64,000 bases of DNA from Azolla caroliniana (Eukaryota > Plantae > Polypodiophyta). The notes beneath the pieces were generated by a model, which made no database searches, was not told where the DNA came from, and worked only from the letters and a program-made list of their open reading frames with translations. The position numbers were made by a program, and so were the translations under genes. Below are positions 1 to 10,375 of this stretch, one piece after another. Within the stretch, counting starts at the first letter, position 1, and each line of letters starts with the position of its first letter. Where the stretch lies: positions 2,852,001-2,916,000 of the forward strand of contig JBHGNT010000005.1 in NCBI GenBank assembly GCA_043228905.1, in the 5' to 3' direction.

Positions 1-1582
1 CCTTCCAATCTACTGCCGCCCACGAAGAAACCGTCCATTCCACCGGCATGATCGGCTTTTGTCCGTACATTAGCTCCGTCGGCATAAACCCTGTCACCGA
101 ATTGTGCGTAGTCCGGTCCGCCCATAGCGCGTAAGGAAGGAGTCGCGGCCAATTCCCGACCTGCCCACCGCATGCACGCACCAACGCCTTTACAATCGGT
201 CCGTGCCCACGTTCCACCTTTCCGTTCGCCTCCAGATTGTACGTCGTGGTGAGGGAGAGTTTGATGCCTAGCCGGTCGAACAACTCCTCGGCCTCCCGCG
301 CATCCAGCTCTCCCCGGTCCGCCATGATCCTCCCGACGCACCCGTACCGACACACTACTTCTTCGATCAGGAACCGGCATGCCGTCGCGGTTGTCTTGCT
401 TTGCAGTGCGCGGCCTTCCACCTGGTTCGTTAAGTCTTCCCATGCAAGCACCAGGTATCACATCTGTCCTACCCCCATCGGCATCGTCACCAAGTCCACC
501 ATCCATTTGAAATGGACCGTAGGCGGGTAGGTCGGGTGTAGCTCGTCCCGGTGTCGGGCTGCGGAGTGCATCTGACAGCTCTCGCAAGTCGTTACAAACC
601 GATGCACGTCCTGGTACAGCCCAGGCCACCAGTACTTCTCCTTTAGCTTCTTGAAAGTGGCCCACCTTCTGCGGTGCCCGGCCCAGGGGCTCTCGTGAAA
701 TGCCGTCAGTAGTTTCCCTTGTTCTTCCTTCTTTGCCACTACTCGAAGTGGAATGCCGGTTCTCTTCTTTGGGTGCCTCCATATGCACCCGTCCCGCAGG
801 AAGAATCGGTACGCCTTCCTCCGTATCCGGCTCGCCTCCTCTCTTGCCCATGTTGCGTCCGGCGTCATCGTCTGTAGGAACCTCCCGATTTGGAGCCACT
901 CCCCGTCGTACCTGCTTTCGTCAAATTCGTTAAGTGCCGGAGTGTTCCCTTTCCTTGTCGTTACGCTAGCCGACCCGAAGAAGTCCTCGCCGACTTCTTC
1001 GTCTTCCGAAACCATGCCGTCTTCGTCGTTGAACCTTGCCCTCGAAAGCATGTCGGCCATGGCGTTGTCCTTTTCGGAGATGTGCCATATCTCCGGGTTC
1101 AGGGACTTAATGTATGCTATCCACCGGAGCATTGCTAGGTCCGGCGTTGTGCATCCGAAAACCATGCCGAGTATCGGCAGGCAGTTCGTCTCGATAATCA
1201 CCTCCGTCCCGATCAGATAATCCTTGTCGGCCTTGACCGCCGAAACGACACCCCAAAGTTCGCGCTTAACTTGGGCGTACCCTCGCTGTCGCTCGCTCAA
1301 TACCTTCGCCCCGAACCGGATCGGGAATCGTACGCCGCCCTTGTCCTCCTGACTGATTACCCACCTGATCCCGGTCGAGCCGGTGTCCACCGTTACGCAA
1401 ATGGGAACTTCCTTGCCATAAACCGCTTTACGGAGAGCCGGCGCTGCCGTAAGCGCCTCCTTTAGTCTCCGAACCGACTCCGTGTGCTGTGTCCTCCACT
1501 CAAAGCTACGCCCCTTTTATAATAGTCCGTAGAGGGGTTCCGCGACATGTGCGTAGTGCGGGATCCAGATGTGGTAGAACGC
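1..1582 (-). pseudogene. A pol, RT end/RNase H/integrase part (frameshifts and stops)
   Basis: Homologous to B/E pol (RELWG, NAMADMLSR, HHCC zinc finger HESPWAGH...CESC, KWMVDLV); premature stop at 458. Confidence 0.9.
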
Positions 1583-2380
1583 TGTCGAGATATTGCGCAA
1601 GTGCGTGTGGAATCGAGGCGGGACCGCGGGGGTCTCGAACCAAAGAGCAAGCGAGGGAGGAGACAGAGAGAGAACCGGCTACGCAGGACCGGGGATACAC
1701 AGGGACACGGCCCTTCAGCACGGAGAACGCGAACAGACACCGACACAGACAGATGCGAACGACTAAATATGTATATTAACAAAATTGCTAACACGATTAC
1801 AACCCTCGATGGGGCACAGGTTGGTTACAACTGAACAGGCCGGCGAACAGATGCCGATGCCTGTTCGCTTCGACGCCAAACGGGGTAGCAGGTCGGAGGT
1901 GCTGCCGGAAGCACTCGGGCGTTCCTCGAAACAGCGCGAGCCTCCCCGGAACCCTGCACAGAAGCTTTGGAGCTCGAGAAGGAAGGAAACACAGAGAGAG
2001 AGAGAGAGAGAGAGAAGCGTCCAGAAACGGTCCGGCAGCACTTCGTCCTCTCCGCGCGAGATGCCTGCAACAGCTCTTTCCTGCTCCTTATATAGGCCGA
2101 CGAGCAGGCCGTCCTATCAGCTTTATTCCCTGTCCCTTTTGGACAGGGATCCGCGCCGTTTTTCACGCATCCGCGTAGTTACGCCGCCGACTCGTACAGT
2201 TCGCGCGCGCGACCGAAAAGACTGTTCGCGCGGTCTTTGTCTCCACTTGAGTTAGGGCCCGTTCCTGCCGATTATCCTCCTAATTCGCTTTTATGTACAA
2301 CTTGGAGCTTGCGCGCGTGAAGAACCGGTTCCCACGCCTAGGTGCGCCGATTCCGCCTATGGACGGTTTTCTTCACGACA
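1583..2380 (-). repeat. 3' LTR of B
   Basis: Direct repeat of 8101-8898; TGTCG...CGACA inverted termini; internal (GA)n tract. Confidence 0.97.
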
Positions 2381-2393
2381 TCCGCCCCCACCT
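2381..2393 (-). promoter_or_regulatory. Polypurine tract of B
   Basis: AGGTGGGGGCGGA on the minus strand, directly abutting the 3' LTR; same motif in E and nearly the same in D. Confidence 0.85.
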
Positions 2394-2451
2394 AACCGCG
2401 CATCCTCCGGTATGCGCCAAGAGAGTTGGGACGGAGAAAACCGGCCCATCT

Positions 2452-5400
2452 TCATTCCTCGCCCGTCGGTTCTTCCTCGTTTCCGGATCGTTCGTCACTG
2501 CTGTCTAGGAGAGCCGGGTCCGGCTCGTCGTCATGTCGCTTCTTGAATGCTTTGATCCGCTTCCCTGCAACCGGTATCGCCACTCTCGTGCCGTCAAGTT
2601 CCGCCAGGTGATATGTCCCGTTGTCATTGGCGCTTCGTACCACGTAAGGCCCGAACCACCTTCGTGCGAACTTCCGTGTGGCTCGGTGCTGGTTGTCGAG
2701 GCTGCTGTCGTAGACGAGCACCCAGTCACCTTCTTCGATTTTCGTCGGTCGGAGCCGGTGCGTTCGGTCGAACCTGGCTTTGTTCTTTGCCCTCGCTGCC
2801 CGGAGCCTCTCCGCAGCCAGTTCCACGTCCTCCGGTCTCCGCTCGAGTTGTCGTATACGCGCGGCCAACAACTCCTCCCGGCTCATCTCGCCCCTCCAAT
2901 CGACCGTCGCCCATGAGGAGATCGTCCGCTCTATCGGCATGATCGGCTTCTGGCCGAACATGAGCTCCGTCGGCATGTACCCGGTTACCGAACTGTGCGT
3001 GGTCCGGTCTGCCCACAAGGCATAAGGCAGCAGCCGCGGCCAGTTACCGACTTGGCCTCTGCACGCCCGAACCAACGCCTTGACGATCGGTCCGTGTCCG
3101 CGCTCCACCTTCCCATTCGCCTCCGGATTGTACGCAGTGGTGAGCGAGAGCTTAACTCCGAGCCGGTCGAACAGCTCCGCGGGTTCTTCGGCGTCCAACT
3201 CCCCTCGGTCAGCCACGATCTTCCCGACGCACCCGTACCGGCATATCACGTCTTCGATTAGGAACCGGCATACGGCCGCGGTCGTTTTGTTCGGAAGGGC
3301 CCGGCCTTCCACCTGGTTCGTCAGATCCTCCCGCGCTAGGACCAGGTACCGCATCTGTCCTACTCCCATTGGCATCGTTACCAGATCTACCATCCATTTG
3401 AAGTGGATGGTCGGAGGGTACGTGGGGTGAAGCTCGTCCCGATGTCGGACTATGGAGTGCGTCTGACAGCTCTCGCAAGTCGTCACGAACCGATGCACGT
3501 CCTGGTACTGCCCCGGCCACCAATACTTCCCCTTCAGTTTCTCAAACGTAGCCCATGTTCCACGGTGTCCAGCCCAAGGGCTGTCGTGGTAGGCCGTCAG
3601 CAGCTCCTCCTGTTCTTCCTTCATCGCCACCACCTGGAGCGGAGCGCCGTCCCTCTTCTTCGGGTGCTTCCATAGGTAGCCGTCCCGGAGAAAGAACCGG
3701 TACGCTTTCCTCCGGATCCGGTTGGCCTCGTCCTTTGTCCATGACGCATCGGGCGTCATTGTCTTCAAAAACCCACCGATCTGCAGCCACTCCCCGTCGT
3801 ACTTGCTCGCGTCGAAGTCGTTAAGCGCCGGAGTGCTTGTCCCGCCGGTTGTTACATACGCAGTCTCGAAGAAGTCCACGCCGACCTCTTCGTCCTCCGA
3901 GACCATGCCGCCCTCGTCCTCGAATCTCGCCCTTGAAAGCATGTCGGCCATGGCGTTGTCTTTCCCGGAAATGTGTCGTATTACCGGGTCTAGGGACTTG
4001 ATGTACGCTATCCACCTGAGCATTGCCAGGTCCGGCGTCGCGCACCCGGAAACCATGCCGAGAATCGGCATGCAATCCGTCTCTATGATTACCTCCGTCC
4101 CGATCAGATAGTCCTTGTCGACCTTCACCGCCGAAACGATACCCCAGAGTTCGCGTTTAACCTGGGCGTATCCTCGCTGCCGTTCGCCGAGGACCTTCGC
4201 GCCGAATCGGATCGGAAACCGATTGCCGTCCTCGTCTTCTTGGTTGACGACCCACCCGATTCCGGTCGGACTCGTGTCAACCGTTATGTACACTGGGGTG
4301 TCCTTCCCGTAGACAGCCTTTCGGAGCGCCGGTGCTGCCGAAAGAGCCTCCTTCAGCTTCCGGACCGACTCCGCGTGCTTGTCTAGCCATTCGAATCTTC
4401 GCCCTTTCTTCAATAATCCGTACAGTGGCTCCGCGACGTGCACGTAATGCGGGATCCATATGTGGTAGAAGGCGCATGCTCCCAAGAATCTTCGTACTTC
4501 CGTGACCGAGCTGCAGTCAGGCTTCATCGCGGAGATGGCCTCTACCTTTGCCGGAGACGGTTTCCGGCCATATGGCCCGCACAAATGTCCGACCACCATG
4601 ATTTCCGACTGCCCGAAGGCAGACTTCTCCCCCGAGAAGGTGAGCCTCGCATCCTCTAGCCTTTGCAGCACCTTCTCGCAGTCGTCGATGTGCATTACCA
4701 CGAAGCGCCGGCATCCGTCCGGCCCGACCGTCTCGTCCTTCTCTTCTACGGGGCATCCCTTGATCGGGATGTCGTCTAGAAACGGCATGGTGATGTCCGG
4801 GATGCAGTCCCTCAGCACCTTGTTCATTGCATTCACCATGTGGGCCACCGAGTTGGTCCCTCCTTGCGGCAGCGTACACATCCGCACTAGGCCGAGGGGA
4901 GTTCGCATCGTCGTAATGTCTCTGCTCTCCACGGCTAGCTGGAACTGGTCATACCCTGAGTATAGATCACCGACCGAGTAAATCGACCTTCCGGCGAAGG
5001 CCTCCGCGAACTCGTCTATGGTCGGTCCGATCCCTGCGTTCCGAATGGTCACCCTATTGACCGGCTGCAGGTCCTGAATGAAGCGCAATGATCCGTTTTT
5101 CTTTGGCACGGTAAACCAGCGGTTTGAATACGGGGCGCTCGACGGCTCGAGAATGCCCATATCAACTTTCTGCTTCAACAGCTCCATCAACTTCGGGATG
5201 TGAGCTCTCGGAACCGAAATTGGCTTGAGATTCCACGGTACATGCGGTACCGTGAATATCACCATCGGCTCTACGATCGTCGGGTCCACGCACCCGATTT
5301 CCTCCGGCGAGAATGCGAAGGCTTTCCCGTGCCTTCCGAGCATTCTCCGGAACCGGTCTTCCTCCGCCGGCAGTAGGAACCCGCCCCCACCGATCTTCAG

Positions 5401-5940
5401 CTCGCGGAGCGTCTCGTTGGTGAAGGTGTGTCCTATGCAGGCCGGATCTCGTAAGCTGGGGTCCGATGCAACCCCTTTGATTCGGGATTCGCTGCCCTCC
5501 GGTAAGGGCGCCGCAACTGGCCTCACCTTCCGGTCCACCGTCTTGTACTTGGTGCTCACTCGGGCCGTCCGTTCCGACTCGAGCCCTCGACCGAAGTCCG
5601 CGATGACTTCGTACATTTCTTCGGAACATACCGGTATCGTCCGGCCTTTGTTAAGGTCTTCTTCGGCTACCTTCCCCAGCATCCCCAAGGTGTCGTCGAA
5701 GGAGACTGCCTCCACGGCTCCGTTGATTCCTTCGTCAGGGCCGAGAACCCCACACGCCCGAAGTCTCCCCTCCGTCTTTGTTTTCTCTCGGCCGGTGATG
5801 CCGACCATCGTACATGCTCCGCTGTCGGAGAAGCAAAATTTCCTACCTATTGTACACGGTTTTATCGTACAGATGTGGGGTTTTCCCGGAGCATCCGGAC
5901 TGTCGCGGCCCCACGCCTTGGCAGTCCTCTCTAAAAATCC
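2452..5940 (-). CDS. pol: B pol (RT-RNase H-integrase), probably entered by -1 frameshift at 5931-5940
   Basis: ORF 2452-5808 stays open upstream through the gag stop; RT motifs DLYSGY, LPQG, FLDD; RNase H; HHCC; DDE core (MVDL, VADRG, KVERG); GPY motif; no chromodomain. Confidence 0.93.
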   Translation of the reverse strand, partial: GFLERTAKAWGRDSPDAPGKPHICTIKPCTIGRKFCFSDSGACTMVGITGREKTKTEGRLRACGVLGPDEGINGAVEAVSFDDTLGMLGKVAEEDLNKGRTIPVCSEEMYEVIADFGRGLESERTARVSTKYKTVDRKVRPVAAPLPEGSESRIKGVASDPSLRDPACIGHTFTNETLRELKIGGGGFLLPAEEDRFRRMLGRHGKAFAFSPEEIGCVDPTIVEPMVIFTVPHVPWNLKPISVPRAHIPKLMELLKQKVDMGILEPSSAPYSNRWFTVPKKNGSLRFIQDLQPVNRVTIRNAGIGPTIDEFAEAFAGRSIYSVGDLYSGYDQFQLAVESRDITTMRTPLGLVRMCTLPQGGTNSVAHMVNAMNKVLRDCIPDITMPFLDDIPIKGCPVEEKDETVGPDGCRRFVVMHIDDCEKVLQRLEDARLTFSGEKSAFGQSEIMVVGHLCGPYGRKPSPAKVEAISAMKPDCSSVTEVRRFLGACAFYHIWIPHYVHVAEPLYGLLKKGRRFEWLDKHAESVRKLKEALSAAPALRKAVYGKDTPVYITVDTSPTGIGWVVNQEDEDGNRFPIRFGAKVLGERQRGYAQVKRELWGIVSAVKVDKDYLIGTEVIIETDCMPILGMVSGCATPDLAMLRWIAYIKSLDPVIRHISGKDNAMADMLSRARFEDEGGMVSEDEEVGVDFFETAYVTTGGTSTPALNDFDASKYDGEWLQIGGFLKTMTPDASWTKDEANRIRRKAYRFFLRDGYLWKHPKKRDGAPLQVVAMKEEQEELLTAYHDSPWAGHRGTWATFEKLKGKYWWPGQYQDVHRFVTTCESCQTHSIVRHRDELHPTYPPTIHFKWMVDLVTMPMGVGQMRYLVLAREDLTNQVEGRALPNKTTAAVCRFLIEDVICRYGCVGKIVADRGELDAEEPAELFDRLGVKLSLTTAYNPEANGKVERGHGPIVKALVRACRGQVGNWPRLLPYALWADRTTHSSVTGYMPTELMFGQKPIMPIERTISSWATVDWRGEMSREELLAARIRQLERRPEDVELAAERLRAARAKNKARFDRTHRLRPTKIEEGDWVLVYDSSLDNQHRATRKFARRWFGPYVVRSANDNGTYHLAELDGTRVAIPVAGKRIKAFKKRHDDEPDPALLDSSDERSGNEEEPTGEE
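5875..5940 (-). promoter_or_regulatory. Putative -1 ribosomal frameshift signal (G_GAU_UUU plus pseudoknot) of B
   Basis: GGATTTTTAG overlaps the gag stop; 6 nt after the heptamer comes stem GGACUG/CAGUCC with loop GUGGGG complementary to downstream CCCCAC. Confidence 0.8.
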
Positions 5941-8056
5941 TCTCGGTTTTCAGAACCGAGGGAATCGCGGTTACGCTCGTGGTTCGGCCGTACCGTCAGA
6001 AACTGGACCGAATGGCGCCCGTCTTGGCTTTTGACCCTCGCGAAGGCCGACCCATTGTCCAGCACTTTGGTCTCCATTCGCGCCGCCGTGATGTACGGCT
6101 CTCCCAGAATGACCGGATGCGAAGACGTCTCCTGCACGAAGAAGTGCTGGTCAATCTCGACGTCGCCAATCTTGACTCGCACATTCGGACAGGCCCCGTG
6201 CAGTTCCTCGGTGGCGCGCGTTGCCGCCTTATTTTCCACCCGTGCTTGGTGTTGATCGGCCATTTGCCCTTCTTATAGAAGTCCATGGACATCAAATTGA
6301 TCTCCGATCCGTGGTCCACCAAAGCTATCACCGGTTCCCGGACATCGCCGATCTTCACCGGGGTCTCCGTGGTCGCTCGGGCCCAGTGTGGTCTCGAATA
6401 GTGGCTTTCTGCCCACTCGTCTCCCAGCGCCATGTCGTCTAGGTGCGTCGTCCGCACTTCCACCGGTCTTTCCGGTTCTGTCTCCGTCGACAGCCTCTTC
6501 CGTTTCACCAAGTCCGCGATGGAGTCGTGGAACTCCTTCTTGGCGATTCCCAGCACCTCTCGTAACGACAGCTCCACCTTGCTGTCGAGGATCCGTTCCT
6601 CCAGGACCTTCCGTAAGTCCGTGGTCCTTTCTATCTCCGTCCCCAGACGGTACCCGCCCTTATGGGGTTTATCTTGTGTGCCGGCCCCGCCGGCTTCGTC
6701 CCGTCGTGGCCCGGACCGGGTCTCGTATCGTTGCGAGGGCCCGGTCGTCCCGGGTCTCCCCACCCGCTTCTCTTCTACCAGAGCCTCGTAGTTCCGGCAA
6801 GCGGCTTCCACGAAGCCCGTCCTTTCCTCGACCGGGTCGCTCCACCCGGTCATCTCCCGTACCCGTTTCTCCGCACCGTCCGATTCCTCCCCTTTAAGCC
6901 TTGCACCGGCAAGGCCTTCCAGCATCGTCGGCCAGAATCCGGCTTTGCTTTCCCTTCGGGCCTCGCCGCCCCCGACTCGAATGCCGGCCGACGCCGAGTA
7001 GTGGACGGTTTCCGCGTGTCGGGCCGCCGCCTCTTCCATCAACCCTTTCATGCCACCTTTTCCGTCGTTTCGGCTCAGGGCCCTTCGGGTGTCGCTGGCA
7101 TGCACCCGTCCTTCCCATAGGTACACCACCCTGTCCCTCAGCGCCTCCGCGAAGTCGCCGCAGTCCTTCCGAATGTGGCCGACTTCATCGCACCACATGC
7201 ACCTGTTTCCTGCCGCCGGCCGTCGGTCACGAGCCGGTTCGCCACCTTCCCTTCGGGCTTGCGCGATTTGGAGGTCCTTTACCGCCCTCGTCAATTCTTC
7301 CAGCGCCGCTCCTCCGGTTGAGCCTCTGACTACGCCGGTCGAAGCCGAACCGGTTTCCAACCACTCTCCGGTCTCTTCCTTTCGCACCCGTGGCGCTGGT
7401 TCGAACTTCCTTGCTGCGACCGAGCCCGACCCGGTTACCCCGTTATCCGCCCATTCTCGCCGTTTGTCGAAACGGCCACAGACTTTCTTGACGGCTGCCC
7501 AGTCGGTAGTGAGCCCGTCATCGGTTTCCAGCAAGAGGCCCACTTGCTCCCGATCTCGCTCGTCAACCGTCTTGACAAACAGCAAGACCCGGCTCGTGTC
7601 CAGGATGGTTCGGTCGAGCGCCGAAAGGCGCGCAAAGTTTTCCTCGAACTCCCGGAGGAGTGCCGAAGCGTTTCTTCCCTTCCCCGGGGACTCCACCCAT
7701 TCCATGAACCTTCGCTTCGAAAGCCGGAGCGCGTCGTCCAGCCCGTATTTCTCTAGGAGCCGACCTTCGAACTCCTCCCAGGTACGGCTCTCCGCCCGCA
7801 CCTCGAGCACCTCCGCATGGATGCCCGGTATCGCGACTCGGGGAAATCCGGCAAGACGCCTTTCTTCCGGAATGTCCCGCATCAACATTTCCGCACCGTA
7901 GGACGCCAGATACTTCGTGGCATCCCTCCCATCGAACCGGCCGATCGTGCCGACGACCGCCTCAATAGCTCTGTCGAGGGCACCGGTGCCCTCGCGCGCG
8001 TTTACAATCCGATCCACGGCCGAAGCCATGGCCTCTGCAAGATCCGACCCCCTCAT
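5931..8056 (-). pseudogene. gag: B gag-protease with a 1-bp deletion in protease (~6226)
   Basis: ATG at 8056; CCHC knuckle CMWCDEVGHIRKDC; protease LVDHGSEIN; GCCGCCTT versus GCCGCCCTT in E shifts the frame. Confidence 0.88.
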
Positions 8057-8078
8057 CTTCCGCTCTTCTGCCGCCTCT

Positions 8079-8096
8079 TTCACGTCGGGTTCACCA
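8079..8096 (-). promoter_or_regulatory. Primer-binding site of B, complementary to tRNA-Trp
   Basis: Plus strand TTCACGTCGGGTTCACCA matches the recalled 3' end of plant cytosolic tRNA-Trp plus CCA; 4 nt from the LTR. Confidence 0.88.
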
Positions 8097-8100
8097 AAGA

Positions 8101-8898
8101 TGTCGAGATATTGCGCAAGTGCGTGTGGAATCGAGGCGGGACCGCGGGGGTCTCGAACCAAAGAGCAAGCGAGGGAGGAGACAGAGAGAGAACCGGCTAC
8201 GCAGGACCGGGGATACACAGGGACACGGCCCTTCAGCACGGAGAACGCGAACAGACACCGACACAGACAGATGCGAACGACTAAATATGTATATTAACAA
8301 AATTGCTAACACGATTACAACCCTCGATGGGGCACAGGTTGGTTACAACTGAACAGGCCGGCGAACAGATGCCGATGCCTGTTCGCTTCGACGCCAAACG
8401 GGGTAGCAGGTCGGAGGTGCTGCCGGAAGCACTCGGGCGTTCCTCGAAACAGCGCGAGCCTCCCCGGAACCCTGCACAGAAGCTTTGGAGCTCGAGAAGG
8501 AAGGAAACACAGAGAGAGAGAGAGAGAGAGAGAAGCGTCCAGAAACGGTCCGGCAGCACTTCGTCCTCTCCGCGCGAGATGCCTGCAACAGCTCTTTCCT
8601 GCTCCTTATATAGGCCGACGAGCAGGCCGTCCTATCAGCTTTATTCCCTGTCCCTTTTGGACAGGGATCCGCGCCGTTTTTCACGCATCCGCGTAGTTAC
8701 GCCGCCGACTCGTACAGTTCGCGCGCGCGACCGAAAAGACTGTTCGCGCGGTCTTTGTCTCCACTTGAGTTAGGGCCCGTTCCTGCCGATTATCCTCCTA
8801 ATTCGCTTTTATGTACAACTTGGAGCTTGCGCGCGTGAAGAACCGGTTCCCACGCCTAGGTGCGCCGATTCCGCCTATGGACGGTTTTCTTCACGACA
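8101..8898 (-). repeat. 5' LTR of B
   Basis: 798 bp, matches 1583-2380. Confidence 0.97.
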
Positions 8899-8902
8899 AC
8901 GC

Positions 8903-10375
8903 GCATGCCCCCAAGAATCTGCGGACCTCCGTGACTGACCTGCAAACGTTCCTCATCGCGGAGATGGCCTCTACCTTTGCCGGAGACGGTTTCCTACCGT
9001 AAGGCCCGCACAGGTGTCCGACCACCAAGATCTCTGACTGTCCGAAGGCCGACTTTTCCCCGGAGAAGGTGAGCCTCGCGCGCTCTAGTCTCTGCAACAC
9101 CTTCTCGCAGTAATTGATGTGGGACGCCACGAAATTCCGACATCCGTCCGGCCTGATTGCCTCGTCCCTTTTCTCCACTGGGCATCCCTTGATCGGGATG
9201 TCGTCTAAGAACGGCATGGTGATGTCCGGGATACAATCCCTGAGCACTTTGTTCATCGCGTTCACCATGTGAGCCACTAAGTTCGTCCCTCCTTGTGGCA
9301 GGGTACACATCCGCACCAGGCCGAGAGGAGTTTGTATCGTCGTAATGTCTCTGCTCTCCACAGCTAGTTGGAACTAATCGTACCCCGAGTACAGATCACC
9401 GACAGAATAGATCGACCTTCCAGCGAAGGCCTCCGCGAACTCGTCTATGGTCGGTCCGATCCCTGCGTTACGGATGGTCACCTTGTTGACCGGTTGTAGG
9501 TCCTGGATGAAGCGCAGCGTGCCGTTCTTCTTCGGCACCGTAAACCACCGATTCGAATACGAGGCACTTGATGGTTCGAGGATGCCCATCTCCACCTTTT
9601 GCTTTAGGAGCTCCATCAACTTCGGGATGTGAGCTCTCGGCACCGGAATCGGCTTGAGATTCCACGGTACATGCGGTACCGTGAAGATCACCATCGGTTC
9701 GACAACTGTCGGGTCTACGCACCCAATCTCCTCCGGTGAGAATGCGAAAGCCTTCCCGTGCCTCCCGAGCATTCTCCGAAACCGGTCCTCCTCCACCGGC
9801 AGTAGGAAGCCGCCCCCATCGACCTTGAGCTCCCGTAGCGTTATGTTGGTGAACCGGTGCCCTATGCCAGCCGGATTTCGTAAACTTGGGTCCGACGCGA
9901 CCCCCTTTATCCGCTCCTCACTGCCCTCTGGCAAGGGTGCCGCGACTGGCCTCACCTTCTGGTCCACAGACTTGTATTTCGTATCCACGCGGGCCGTCCG
10001 ATCCGACCCGATCCTTTCCCCGAAGTCTGCGATGACTTCGTACATTCCCATTGACCCCACCGGAACGGTCCGGTCTTCTCTAAGGTCTTCACCGATCACC
10101 TTTCGTAGTTCGCCCAAGGTGTCGTCAAAAGAGACCGCCTCCACGGCGCCGCTGATGGCCTCGTCGGGGAAGAGGACTCCGCATCCCCTGAGTCGCTCCT
10201 CCGCTCACTTCCTCTCCCTGCCGCTGACGCTGGTTATAGTACAACCTCCGTTGTCGAAGAACCAAAATTTCCTACCTATGGTACATGACTTCTTCCGTAC
10301 TGTACATTTGTGGGGTTCTTCCTGGGTGTCCGGACTATCGTGGCCCGACGCCTTGACAACCCTCTCTAAAAATCC
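8903..10375 (-). pseudogene. A pol, N-terminal linker and RT
   Basis: ORFs 9374-10144 and 8891-9361 match B RT; in-frame TAG at 9374 (from CAG). Confidence 0.9.

Larger units (their letters stand above)
1583..8898 (-). mobile_element. Element B: full-length young Ty3/Gypsy LTR retrotransposon inserted in A
   Basis: Two 798-bp TG...CA LTRs that look identical; 4-bp TSD ACGC (1579-1582 and 8899-8902); PBS, PPT, gag-PR and pol present. Confidence 0.97.

Noticed and set aside
1462-2508. Numerous short ORFs repeated in B/E LTRs
   Set aside because: Repeated only because the LTRs are duplicated; frames are not preserved between B and E
5806-5808. ATG as independent start of pol
   Set aside because: Not conserved in A (Ile), while upstream codons are conserved; frameshifting explains the data better
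5225-6034. Antisense ORF of ~270 aa present in B, A (9654-10469) and E (43541-44350)
   Set aside because: Shadow frame of GC-rich pol; Ser/Pro/Arg-rich with no domain; persistence is explained by constraint on the sense strand
8079-8096. tRNA-Trp gene
   Set aside because: Only the 3' 18 nt including CCA are present; this is a primer-binding site
5996-8239. 747-aa ORF starting inside the LTR
   Set aside because: Starts at a non-ATG codon in the LTR and has an aberrant C-terminus from the 1-bp deletion; the real gag start is ATG 8056
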